Assembly: GCA_047605105.1 (NCBI GenBank) | Contig: JASGGH010000004.1 | Span: forward strand, 4,320-68,319 | Origin: Novosphingobium sp. | GTDB taxonomy: Bacteria > Pseudomonadota > Alphaproteobacteria > Sphingomonadales > Sphingomonadaceae | DNA: 64,000 nucleotides | Reading direction: 5' to 3' | Shown: positions 8,849 to 17,764 of the stretch, one piece after another | How the letters are laid out: each line of letters begins with the position of its first letter | Position numbering within the stretch: position 1 is the first letter of the stretch | The notes under the pieces: model-generated | Told to the model about the DNA's origin: nothing | Databases searched by the model: none | What the model saw: the letters and a program-made list of their open reading frames with translations, nothing else | Made by a program: the position numbers and the translations under genes

Positions 8849-9490
8849 GTGACCCGAACCGCACGCCGCAAGCGCCGCACGCCCGAGGAAATCCGCGACC
8901 GCGTGATCGAGGCGGCGGGCGAGGCCTTCGAGGCGCTGGGCTATTCGCGGGCGACCACCGCGGAGATCGCCCGCCGGGCCGACGTTACCGAAGCGCAGAT
9001 CTTCCGCTACTTCGATTCCAAGTCGCAGCTGTTCGAGGCGGCGGTGTTCGAGCCGCTCAACCGCGCCTTCGCCGAATTCAACGCGCGCATGCTCAGCGCC
9101 GAGCCCTCGCTCGAGAGCTTCCGCGAGGGCACGCCCGGATACATCACCGCGCTGCAGGACTTCATGGAGCGCCATTCGAAGGGCCTGATGGCGCTGGTCA
9201 TGGCACGGGCCTACGAGAAGGCCGCGGGCGCCGCGCCGGCGATCGGCGAGGACCTGCGCGAATATTTCGACATCGGCGCCGCCGCGATGCGCCAGCGCGT
9301 AGGGCCCGAGCCGCGGGTGGACCCTGACCTGATGGTCCGCGTCTCCTTCGCCGCGGTGCTCGGCTGCGCGCTGTTCAAGGACTGGCTGTTTCCGCCAGGG
9401 CTCGCCGGCGAGGAAGCCATCCGCCGGGCGACGATCGATTTCGTCGTCGATGGCGTCAATGCGAATACGGAAGAAGGATGGAACAGATGA
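8849..9490 (+). CDS. TetR/AcrR-family regulator
   Basis: AAGEAFEALGYSRATTAEIARRADVTEAQIFRYFDSK HTH. Confidence 0.92.
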   Translation: MTRTARRKRRTPEEIRDRVIEAAGEAFEALGYSRATTAEIARRADVTEAQIFRYFDSKSQLFEAAVFEPLNRAFAEFNARMLSAEPSLESFREGTPGYITALQDFMERHSKGLMALVMARAYEKAAGAAPAIGEDLREYFDIGAAAMRQRVGPEPRVDPDLMVRVSFAAVLGCALFKDWLFPPGLAGEEAIRRATIDFVVDGVNANTEEGWNR

Positions 9491-10290
9491 TCGGAGAGGA
9501 CATCCTGGATCTCGGCGGGCAGGTCGCCCTGGTGACCGGGGCCGGGCAGGGCGCCGGACGCGGGATCGCGCTGATGCTGGCGCGGCACGGCGCGGGCGGG
9601 GTCGCGGTCAACGACTTCGTGCTGGAACGCGCCGAGGCCGTGGCCGAGGAAATCCGCGCGATAGGCGTGAAGGCCGCGGCGGTCCAGGCCGACGTCAGCG
9701 ACATTGAGAGCGTTCGCGCCATGGCCGCCAAGGCGGCGGCCGAGCTGGGCCCGGTGACGATCCTGGTCAACAATGCCGGCATGGCCGGGCCCGCCACCCA
9801 GATGCGCCACGGCACCCAGTTCTGGGAAGAGGACCCGGCCGACTGGGGCAAGTTCCTCGGCACCAACCTCTACGGGGTGTTCAACTGCTGCCACACGATC
9901 CTGCCCGGCATGGTCGCGCAGAAGCGCGGGCGGATCGTGACGATCGTCTCGGATTCGGGGCGCGTCGGCGAGGCGCGGATGGCGGTCTATGCCGCGGCCA
10001 AGGCCGGCGCCGCGGGCTTCGTCCGCTCGATCGCCAAGGAGGGCGGACGCTTCGGGATCACCAGCAACGCGATCTCGCTGTCCTCGCTGGAAATCCCGAT
10101 GAGCGAGGAGGAGCGCGAGAAGTTCTATGCGCTCGACCAGATCAAGAACCAGCTCTCGCGCTACACCATCCGCCGCTACGGCAAGCCCGACGAGGTCGCC
10201 GCGCTGACGCTGTTCCTCTGCTCGGACATGGCGGGATGGATCACCGGGCAGACCTATCCGCTGAATGGCGGCTATTCGATGGCGATTTGA
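9487..10290 (+). CDS. SDR oxidoreductase
   Basis: VTGAGQGAG, NNAG, YAAAK; ATGA overlap with tetR. Confidence 0.92.
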   Translation: MIGEDILDLGGQVALVTGAGQGAGRGIALMLARHGAGGVAVNDFVLERAEAVAEEIRAIGVKAAAVQADVSDIESVRAMAAKAAAELGPVTILVNNAGMAGPATQMRHGTQFWEEDPADWGKFLGTNLYGVFNCCHTILPGMVAQKRGRIVTIVSDSGRVGEARMAVYAAAKAGAAGFVRSIAKEGGRFGITSNAISLSSLEIPMSEEEREKFYALDQIKNQLSRYTIRRYGKPDEVAALTLFLCSDMAGWITGQTYPLNGGYSMAI

Positions 10291-10359
10291 GTTGGCGCGC
10301 ACCTCCGCCCAATTTCGCCGAAGCGCATCGCCGCGCCGCTGCGGGACGGGTTTTCCCCT

Positions 10360-10684
10360 GGCGGTGGGCGAACTGGAGATCGATGCCGCAGATCGCGGGC
10401 GGGTAACGCCGGTGCCACTTCCGCTTCTGCTCTAAGGTCAGCCTCTAGCGGCGCTTGTCGCGGGCCTCGGCGCCCATCACGATGATCGCGTCCGCAGTCT
10501 TGCGCAGGTTGGTTTCGCGCTGATTTGCGGCGAAGATCGTCACCAAAGCCGTGCTGTCGCTGCTTGCCGGTGCGGCGGCGGGCCTGTCGGCGGCCGTCGT
10601 CTCGCGGCCGGTTCCGGCAAAGGCGCTGCCGATCGACAGGGTGGCTGCGGCGGCGCAGAGCATCGTCTTGGCGGTCGAATTCAT
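10360..10684 (-). pseudogene. Relic of a TonB-dependent receptor (signal peptide and TonB-box region, plus a decayed C-terminus)
   Basis: ORF 10445-10684: signal peptide then TIFAANQRETNLRKTADAIIVMGAEARDKR (resembles EIVVTA..RE.NLQ..P.AI.V); downstream GVTRPR/CGIDLQF resembles a receptor C-terminal strand. Confidence 0.55.
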
Positions 10685-10799
10685 GTCGCGGGCTTTCGCT
10701 GGTCCAGGAGATTTCGCCTGCGCCGCGTTTGTTGCAGTTTTAAGACTCGGATCGGAGACGGCACTTGCGCCGCACGATCATCCCGCGCAGTCGGGGGGC

Positions 10800-12314
10800 A
10801 TGAGCAACGGAAACATCTTCGCCCATTTCCTCGGCGTCGCCGCGGCGGCCGGGGACAAGCCCTTCCTGATCGAGGGCGACTGCTGCGTCCTCTCCTGGGC
10901 CGACCTCGACCGCGAGACCGGGCGCTATGCCGCGCGGCTGCGGGCGTTGGGCGCCGCGCCGGGGGACCGGATCGTGGTTCAGGTGGAGAAGTCGCCCCAG
11001 GCCGTGCTGCTCTACCTCGCGGCGCAGCGCGCCGGGCTGGTCTTCGTGCCGCTCAACACCGCCTATACCGCGGCCGAGCTGGACTATTTCCTGGGGGATG
11101 CGCAGCCCGCGATCGTCGTCTGCCGGCCCGCAGACCTGTCCGAAGTCGCGGCCATGGCCGGCGAGGCCGAGGTCGTCACGCTGGGCGATGACGGCACGGG
11201 GACCCTGCTCGACGGCCTGACCGACGAGACCGCGCCGGTCGCCGTGCGGCAGAGCGACGACATCGCCGCGATCCTCTATACCTCGGGCACGACCGGACGC
11301 TCGAAGGGCGCGATGCTGAGCCACGGCAACCTACTGAGCAACGCGCTGACGCTCAAGGACCTGTGGCGCTGGTCGGCGGACGACGTTCTGGTCCATATCC
11401 TCCCGATCTACCACGTCCACGGCCTGTTCGTGGCGATCCACGGGGTCCTTGCCGTGGGCGCGACGATGATCTTCCACCGCGGCTTCGATCCCGCTGCGGT
11501 GATCGCCGACTTCGCCCGCGCGACCGTGCTGATGGGGGTGCCCACGCACTATACCCGCCTCACCGCCGCGCCCGGGCTGTCGCCCGAGAGCTGCGCCGCG
11601 ATGCGCCTGTTCGTCTCCGGCTCGGCGCCCCTGCTCGCCGAGGCGCACGAGCGCTTCGCGGCCAAGACCGGGCAGCGCATCCTCGAGCGCTACGGCATGA
11701 CCGAGACCGGCATGATCACCTCCAACCCCTATGACGGCGCGCGGGTGGCGGGGACGGTCGGCTATGCCCTGCCGGGCGTGGCGGTGCGGATCCGCGGCGA
11801 AGCCGGGGCTCTCGTTCCGGCCGGCGAGCCCGGGGTGCTGGAGGTCCGCGGCCCCAACGTGTTCAAGGGCTACTGGCGCAATCCCGAGAAGACCGCCCAG
11901 GAATTCACGGCCGACGGCTGGTTCGTCACCGGCGATGTCGCGACCCAGGAAGCGGACGGGCGCGTCACCCTGGTGGGCCGTGCCAAGGACCTGATCATCG
12001 CGGGCGGCCTCAACATCTATCCCAAGGAGATCGAGGAGGCGATCGATGCGCTCGCCGGCGTGGAGGAGAGCGCCGTGATCGGCATCCCGCACCCCGACAT
12101 GGGGGAAGGCGTGGTGGCCGTCGTGGCGCGGCGGGCCGGCACCGACCTGTCCGAAGCGGCGATCCTCCAGTCGCTTACCGGCCTCGCCCGCTTCAAGCAG
12201 CCGCGGCGCGTGATCGTGGTCGATGCCTTGCCGCGCAACGCGATGGGCAAGGTGCAGAAAGCGGCGCTCAGGCAGCAGTATGCGGGGCTGTTTCCCGCGG
12301 TTCCCGCCGAGTGA
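10800..12314 (+). CDS. matB: Malonyl-CoA synthetase-like acyl-CoA synthetase
   Basis: LYTSGTTGRSKG, LPIYHVHGLF, MGVPT.YTRL, ERYGMTET, TSNPYDG, LPRNAMGKVQK. Confidence 0.8.
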   Translation: MSNGNIFAHFLGVAAAAGDKPFLIEGDCCVLSWADLDRETGRYAARLRALGAAPGDRIVVQVEKSPQAVLLYLAAQRAGLVFVPLNTAYTAAELDYFLGDAQPAIVVCRPADLSEVAAMAGEAEVVTLGDDGTGTLLDGLTDETAPVAVRQSDDIAAILYTSGTTGRSKGAMLSHGNLLSNALTLKDLWRWSADDVLVHILPIYHVHGLFVAIHGVLAVGATMIFHRGFDPAAVIADFARATVLMGVPTHYTRLTAAPGLSPESCAAMRLFVSGSAPLLAEAHERFAAKTGQRILERYGMTETGMITSNPYDGARVAGTVGYALPGVAVRIRGEAGALVPAGEPGVLEVRGPNVFKGYWRNPEKTAQEFTADGWFVTGDVATQEADGRVTLVGRAKDLIIAGGLNIYPKEIEEAIDALAGVEESAVIGIPHPDMGEGVVAVVARRAGTDLSEAAILQSLTGLARFKQPRRVIVVDALPRNAMGKVQKAALRQQYAGLFPAVPAE

Positions 12315-12315
12315 G

Positions 12316-12864
12316 CTAGGCCCGCGGCCCCTTCTGGAACGGCCGCTGGGTGCAGACCTCGTAGCTCGGGTCCAGGCCTTCGAGCATGTTGCGGAACTTG
12401 CCGTCGAACGGGCGGCGGAATTGGGCGTCGTAGGTGACGACCCGCTTTGAAAAGCGCCACTTGCCGTCGCCTTCGCGGCGGTAGGTGTCGATGTAGCGGA
12501 CGCACATGAAATCCTCGATCAGGGTGCCGGGATTCTCGCGGTCGGGAATGAGGTGATAGGCGAGGGCATAGACCTCGCCGTTGCCCTCGTCGCCCTGCAC
12601 CGAGATCAGGTGATTGCAGACGTGATGCCCGCTGTAGGGCATGTAGGGCATGCTCTGCTCAATGAAGTCGCAATATTCCTTGGCCCCGCCGTCGAAGCTG
12701 TCACCGTGGCTGTCGGTGGCGTCGGCGGTGTAGAGATCGCGGAGCAGTTCGATGTCCTTGCGGTCGACCGCGCGGGAATAGGCGAGCACCAGGTCGCGGA
12801 TCGCGTCCTTGTCGATCAGGGCCTGAAGTGCGGCAGTATCGATTCGAGCAGCATTGGGGGTCAT
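12316..12864 (-). CDS. NTF2/SnoaL-like protein
   Basis: DKDAIRDLVLAYSRAVDRKD...YIDTYRREGDGKWRF. Confidence 0.85.
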   Translation of the reverse strand: MTPNAARIDTAALQALIDKDAIRDLVLAYSRAVDRKDIELLRDLYTADATDSHGDSFDGGAKEYCDFIEQSMPYMPYSGHHVCNHLISVQGDEGNGEVYALAYHLIPDRENPGTLIEDFMCVRYIDTYRREGDGKWRFSKRVVTYDAQFRRPFDGKFRNMLEGLDPSYEVCTQRPFQKGPRA

Positions 12865-13667
12865 GCGAGGAGCTCCCGGGCAGCGGTAACGGCAGGTTTG
12901 AGGCGTTCGACCGGGCCGATTCCGGCCAGGGCCTTGTCGCGCATCGGCACTTCGAGGCCGATCGTGCAGGCGGCGGGCAGGGCGTTGACGAAGTCGCGCA
13001 GCGGCAGCTCGCCATCGCCGATGGCGCGGCGGTCGAAGCGCGCCTCGATGGAGTAGTCCTCGTGCGCCGAAACCAGCGGCACGTCGCAGATCTGGGCATA
13101 GCCGACCAGGCCGGGATCGAGCAGCGCGACGTCTTCGGCGCTGCCGCCGCTGCGGTAGAGGTGCATGGCGTCGAGCAGGACCCTGGCATTGGGCTGGCCT
13201 GAGCGGACCACGATATCGCGCGCCGCCGCGAGGGTGCCGATCGGCATGGCGGGCATATATTCGATCGAGGCCGCCAGGTCCCGCTGCGCCGCCATCCGCG
13301 CGAACTCGGCGAACTGATCGTCGGCACGCGCGGCATCGCCTTCGATCGAGACGACGTTGACGATCGGCGCGCCGAGCTCGGCGAGGATGTCCATGTCCCC
13401 GGCCTGATCGGCGATCTCCGCGCCGGCGCGGATCAGGAAGCCTTCGCCCAGCGAGAGCGCCACGCCGTTGTCGGCCAGCGCCGTCTTGACGTCACGCACC
13501 AGGCCCGGATTGCCGCGCAGGGTCCAGGGCTCGTAAAGCTCGGGCAGGGCGACGATCTGGCCGCAGGCGAAGCCGATCTTGCCGACGCCCAGCTCCCGCG
13601 CCACGCCGACGAACTCGACCGGGGGCATCCCGAGCACGGAGATGAATTCGAGCGCTAGGCGGTCCAT
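12861..13667 (-). CDS. Sugar-phosphate isomerase/epimerase-like TIM-barrel protein
   Basis: IEYMP, LLDAMH, QICD, R...GDGELPL, LEVP metal-binding pattern. Confidence 0.8.
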   Translation of the reverse strand: MDRLALEFISVLGMPPVEFVGVARELGVGKIGFACGQIVALPELYEPWTLRGNPGLVRDVKTALADNGVALSLGEGFLIRAGAEIADQAGDMDILAELGAPIVNVVSIEGDAARADDQFAEFARMAAQRDLAASIEYMPAMPIGTLAAARDIVVRSGQPNARVLLDAMHLYRSGGSAEDVALLDPGLVGYAQICDVPLVSAHEDYSIEARFDRRAIGDGELPLRDFVNALPAACTIGLEVPMRDKALAGIGPVERLKPAVTAARELLA

Positions 13668-13804
13668 AGGTCTTCCTCAGGTTTGAAATCGGGGTAGCGC
13701 CCAGCCCGATCAGCAGCATCGTGCCGAGCACCGCACCGCGACCCGCCGTGCGCCACAGCGGTCGATCGCCATTCCTCTGCAGCGGTCTGCGGTTCTTCGT
13801 CCAT
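13655..13804 (-). pseudogene. Internally deleted, frameshifted relic of an MFS transporter
   Basis: Strong RBS GGGAGAGG then MDEEPQTAAEEWR (MFS-like N-terminus), joined to AVLGTMLLIGL/GRYPDF (MFS-like last helix) across a frameshift. Confidence 0.55.
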
Positions 13805-13857
13805 GGTCCTCTCCCGGTTTCGCCTGATGCGAGATACGGAACTTTTGTGTCTATTCC

Positions 13858-14715
13858 TCAGGCCGGCGGCAAGACCCATTGTCCGGTGGTATCGCGAACC
13901 CAGCCGCCTGATCCCCAGGTGCCGCCGTCGATCGGCACGATCGTGCCGGTGATGTAGCTGGCCATCCGCGAAGCCAGGAAAACCGCGAGATGGCCGCATT
14001 CGGCATCGACTCCGCCGCGCGCCAGCGGGATGCGGCGGCGCATGATCTCGCGCTGGGCCTCGCCGTGGGGCTTGGTCTCGGCGACCGGGCCGGTGAAGTT
14101 GCCGCTGGTGCCCGGGGTGACGGTGAAGTCCGGGGCGATGGCGTTCACCCGGATGCCGTGGTCGGCCAGCTCGACCGCCAGGGTGCGGGTGAGGTTGTTG
14201 ATGCCCGCCTTGCATGCCGCATAGACCGCATAGCCCGGCGCGGCGCGCGAGCCTTCGATCGAGCTCACGTTGATGATCGACCCGCCGCGCCCGCCGGCGA
14301 TCATCACGGGCACCGCGGCCGAGGTCGCGGCGAGGTTGCTCACCAGGTTCAGGTCGATGTGGCGGCGCCAGTTCTTCTCGACGAGGTCGATAAATGGGCG
14401 GCGCGTCACCCCGCCGGCATTGTTGACCAGGATGTCGAGCCGGCCGAACTTCTCGGCGGCCTGTTCGACCGCTTTGACGACCTCGTCGGAATCCATGGCA
14501 TTGGCCGGAATGCCGAGTCCCTTGCTGCCGAGCTCCTCGATCCGCGCGACGGTCTCGTCGCAGCGGTCCGGGATCACGTCGAGCACCGCGACGTCGGCGC
14601 CGTGGCCCGCCAGGCAGATCGCGATCGCCCGCCCGATCCCGCCGCCGCCGCCGGTGACGAAGGCCGCGTGGCCGGTGAGGTCGAGGGTGCCCAGATTCAT
14701 GCCGGCCGTATCCAT
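13858..14715 (-). CDS. SDR oxidoreductase
   Basis: VTGGGGGIG, NNAG, YAACK; directly downstream of cofC; start may be 14700. Confidence 0.92.
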   Translation of the reverse strand: MDTAGMNLGTLDLTGHAAFVTGGGGGIGRAIAICLAGHGADVAVLDVIPDRCDETVARIEELGSKGLGIPANAMDSDEVVKAVEQAAEKFGRLDILVNNAGGVTRRPFIDLVEKNWRRHIDLNLVSNLAATSAAVPVMIAGGRGGSIINVSSIEGSRAAPGYAVYAACKAGINNLTRTLAVELADHGIRVNAIAPDFTVTPGTSGNFTGPVAETKPHGEAQREIMRRRIPLARGGVDAECGHLAVFLASRMASYITGTIVPIDGGTWGSGGWVRDTTGQWVLPPA

Positions 14716-14718
14716 GTC

Positions 14719-15306
14719 TCAGTCTCCCAGGAGGCCGCCTGCATCCGGCAGGTCGTCCGGTTCGTCGATGTCGTGGGCCAGGCCCCGGCTGCGGACTTCC
14801 TCGATTCCCAGGCCCAGGCGCCGGGCTTCGGCGCTGTGGAGCGCAAAGCTGTCAGGCCCGAAGGCGAATGCGAAGTCCTCCGCGGCGGGAAGGGGCAGGG
14901 AGATCGCGTTCGTGCCGGTGCCGTGGCGGTCGGGAGCGATGGCGACCTCGTCCTCCGGCGCGGCGACCAGCAGTTCGATGTCGAGCGAGGTCAACTGCGG
15001 CAGGTCGGCGAAGACGATGACGAGGCGGGTGGCCTCGGCCTGCTTGGCGGCCACGAAGGCCGAGGTGAGCGCCGGGTTCAGCCCCGTTCCCGGGTCGGGC
15101 AGCAGCGGGATGCCTTCAGGCAGTCCATGCCGCGACGAGCCGAGCAGGCAGACCTCGTCCACCTGCCGCGCGCCCTGCGCCGCCGCAACGACTCGCTCCA
15201 GCATCGCCCTGACCAGCTTCGTCCGCCGCGCCGGATCGAGTGCGGCGGCGAGGCGCTGCTTGCCCTCATCCGGGCCCTTGACCGGGATGACGACCCAGCA
15301 GGTCAA
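14719..15306 (-). CDS. cofC: 2-phospho-L-lactate/PEP guanylyltransferase
   Basis: VIPVK...GKQRL, GLNPAL, ADLP, DRHGTGTNA, FGPDSF..H, DIDEPDDL. Confidence 0.92.
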   Translation of the reverse strand: MTCWVVIPVKGPDEGKQRLAAALDPARRTKLVRAMLERVVAAAQGARQVDEVCLLGSSRHGLPEGIPLLPDPGTGLNPALTSAFVAAKQAEATRLVIVFADLPQLTSLDIELLVAAPEDEVAIAPDRHGTGTNAISLPLPAAEDFAFAFGPDSFALHSAEARRLGLGIEEVRSRGLAHDIDEPDDLPDAGGLLGD

Positions 15307-15307
15307 G

Positions 15308-15955
15308 TCAGTAGGCCGGGGCTTTGGTCAGCCCGGTGAAACGTACCCCGGCTCCGTCGGCGCCGTAGGTCTTGTTCATGTAGATCAGGATCGAGGTCAG
15401 CGCTTCTGCCGCGGCCGAGTTCGCCAGGGCGCCGCCCGACAGGCCGCGCAGGCCCATGTCGCCCGCCAGCCCGATGACGACATTGCGCGCCTCGACATCG
15501 TCGCCGAAGGTCAGGACGTCGCAATCGACTTTCGCATCGGTATCGAGGATATGCGCGGCGATGCTGTGAAACGAGGTGACGAAGCGCACGTCCTCGCCGA
15601 GGATCGCCTTGGCCTCCAGCGCGGCCGAGCCGGCGGCGGGAAGCTGCACCCGCATGACCTTGGGCGGGACCAGCGGCACGGTGGTGTCGACGACGATCGC
15701 ATCGCCGACCAGCGGGGCGATCTGCTTCAGCGTATCGGCCTGCGAGGCATAGGGCACGGTGACGATCACGATTTCCTTGCCCGCGGCCACCGCGGCGTTC
15801 TCGCCCGCGCCCGCCGCGCCGATCTCCTGCGCCGTGGCCTGCGCCTTGTCGGCGGTGCGCGAGCCGATCGTGACTTCATGCCCGGCCTTGACCAGTCGGC
15901 GGGCGATCGCCTTGCCCAGGTGTCCGGTGCCGCCGATGACTGCGATGGAGGCCAT
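15308..15955 (-). CDS. npdG: F420H2:NADP+ oxidoreductase (NpdG/Fno)
   Basis: IAVIGGTGHLG, IGSR, VTVPY, TTVPL, GSAA, FHSIAA, AEALTSILI; sits within the cof cluster. Confidence 0.9.
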   Translation of the reverse strand: MASIAVIGGTGHLGKAIARRLVKAGHEVTIGSRTADKAQATAQEIGAAGAGENAAVAAGKEIVIVTVPYASQADTLKQIAPLVGDAIVVDTTVPLVPPKVMRVQLPAAGSAALEAKAILGEDVRFVTSFHSIAAHILDTDAKVDCDVLTFGDDVEARNVVIGLAGDMGLRGLSGGALANSAAAEALTSILIYMNKTYGADGAGVRFTGLTKAPAY

Positions 15956-16063
15956 ATCGTCTCTACTCCCGATGAATCCCGACTTGCGTCTGGCGGCGGA
16001 TTGCCGATAGCGGCCCAGGCCCGCAAGCAATAATCTTGCGCGGGTGGAATTGGGCGGAGCGGA

Positions 16064-16822
16064 ATGACGGCGCAGGCGGTTTTGGAGGTCTCGGCGATCG
16101 GCGGGCTGCCCCTGTTCGCGCCCGGAATGTCGGTCGCGGCGGAGATTGCGCAGGCGCTGAACCAGCCGCTTCGCGACGGCGATATCGTGGTCGTGGCCCA
16201 GAAGATCGTCTCCAAGAGCGAAGGGCGGACCGTTCGTCTGGCCGAGGTGACGCCGGGCGCGGAAGCGAGTCGCTTGGCCGCGGAGACCGGCCGTCCGGCC
16301 GCGCTTGTCCAACTGATCCTCGACGAGAGCGAAGCCGTGATGCGCGCCACCGCGGCCGCGATCATCGTGCGGCACCGCACCGGCCACGTGCTGGCCAATG
16401 CCGGAATCGACGCCTCGAACGTCGCGGGCGGCGAGGCCGATACCGTGCTGCTCTGGCCGCGCGACCCCGACGCCAGCGCCCGCGCGATCCGCGCCGAGCT
16501 GGGCGGCAAGGTCGGTGTGATCGTCGCCGACAGCCTGGGTCGGGCCTGGCGCATGGGCACGCTCGGCACGGCGATCGGCTGTGCAGGGCTCGGAGTATTG
16601 GAGGACCGCCGGGGGGAGACCGACCTGTTCGGCCGCACGTTGCAGGCGACGATCATCGCGGTGGCGGACGGCATCGCCGCTGCCGCTGTCCTGGCGATGG
16701 GCGAAGGGGCCGAGGGCACTCCCGCGGCGATCGTGCGCGGCGCGGGGAAGTGGGTGACCGCCGAGGACGGCCCGGGTGCCGCGGCGCAGTTGCGGCCTCT
16801 TGCCGAGGACATGTTCCGATGA
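16064..16822 (+). CDS. cofE: Coenzyme F420-0:L-glutamate ligase
   Basis: GDIVVVAQKIVSKSEGR, ANAGIDASN, DPDASA, DSLGRAWR.G, GEGAEGTP, DMFR. Confidence 0.93.
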   Translation: MTAQAVLEVSAIGGLPLFAPGMSVAAEIAQALNQPLRDGDIVVVAQKIVSKSEGRTVRLAEVTPGAEASRLAAETGRPAALVQLILDESEAVMRATAAAIIVRHRTGHVLANAGIDASNVAGGEADTVLLWPRDPDASARAIRAELGGKVGVIVADSLGRAWRMGTLGTAIGCAGLGVLEDRRGETDLFGRTLQATIIAVADGIAAAAVLAMGEGAEGTPAAIVRGAGKWVTAEDGPGAAAQLRPLAEDMFR

Positions 16823-17760
16823 GCGGCCATGTCCTCGCGCTGTCCGGCGGGGTCGGCGGGGCCAAGCTCGCCGCAGGCCTCGCCGCGGTGCTCCCGCCCG
16901 AGCGGCTGACGATCGCGGTCAACACCGGCGACGATTTCGAGCACCTCGGCCTGACGATCTGCCCGGACATCGATTCGGTGGCCTACGCCCTGGCCGGGCT
17001 CAACGACACTCAGCGCGGCTGGGGCGTGGTCGAAGAGTCCTGGCGGGCCATGGAGCGGCTCGGCGCACTCGGCGAAGAAACCTGGTTCAACCTCGGTGAT
17101 CGCGACATGGCGATGCACCTGGCGCGGTCCTGGCGGCTGCGGGCGGGTGAGACGCTGAGCGAGGTCACGGCGCGGCTGGCCAGGGCGCTGGGGATCGCGC
17201 ACCCGGTCGTGCCGATGAGCGATGCGCCGGTGCGCACGCAGGTCCGGACCGAGGCGGGCTGGCTCGATTTCCAGCGCTATTTCGTAGCCGAGCAATGTCG
17301 TCCCGAAGTGCAGGCGATCCGCTTCGACGGCGCTGGCGCCCCGCCGTCGCCGGGACTGGCCGAGGCGCTGGCGCGGCACGACCTGGCGGCAGTGGTGCTC
17401 TGCCCGTCGAACCCGTTCCTCAGCGTCGATCCGATCCTGGCCGTCTCGGGCGTGAGGGAGGCGTTGGAAGCGCTCCAGGTGCCGAAGGTCGCCGTCTCTC
17501 CACTGATCGGCGGCAAGGCGGTCAAGGGGCCGTTGTCCAAGCTGCTCGCCGAACTCGGCACCGGCAGCGACAATCTGGCCATCGCGCGGCACTACGGTGC
17601 GCTGGTCGATCGTTTCGTCATAGATCGCAGTGACGCTACCGACGCCCAGGGATTGCGCGCCCTCGGGCTTTCGGTCACCGTGACCGAGACCCTGATGCGC
17701 GACGCGGACGATCGGATGCGTCTCGCGCGCGACGCCCTGGCCGCCGCCGGATTGGAATGA
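16819..17760 (+). CDS. cofD: 2-phospho-L-lactate transferase
   Basis: LSGGVGGAK, NTGDDF, CPDIDSV.Y, WFNLGDRD, DFQRYFV, PSNPFLS. Confidence 0.93.
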   Translation: MSGHVLALSGGVGGAKLAAGLAAVLPPERLTIAVNTGDDFEHLGLTICPDIDSVAYALAGLNDTQRGWGVVEESWRAMERLGALGEETWFNLGDRDMAMHLARSWRLRAGETLSEVTARLARALGIAHPVVPMSDAPVRTQVRTEAGWLDFQRYFVAEQCRPEVQAIRFDGAGAPPSPGLAEALARHDLAAVVLCPSNPFLSVDPILAVSGVREALEALQVPKVAVSPLIGGKAVKGPLSKLLAELGTGSDNLAIARHYGALVDRFVIDRSDATDAQGLRALGLSVTVTETLMRDADDRMRLARDALAAAGLE

Positions 17761-17764
17761 CGAC

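Noticed and set aside
10551-10799. Upstream extensions given by the ORF track (matB, also 77-970, 3888-5318, 62417-63601 and others)
   Set aside because: RBS positions, overlaps with real genes and family-typical N-termini support shorter starts
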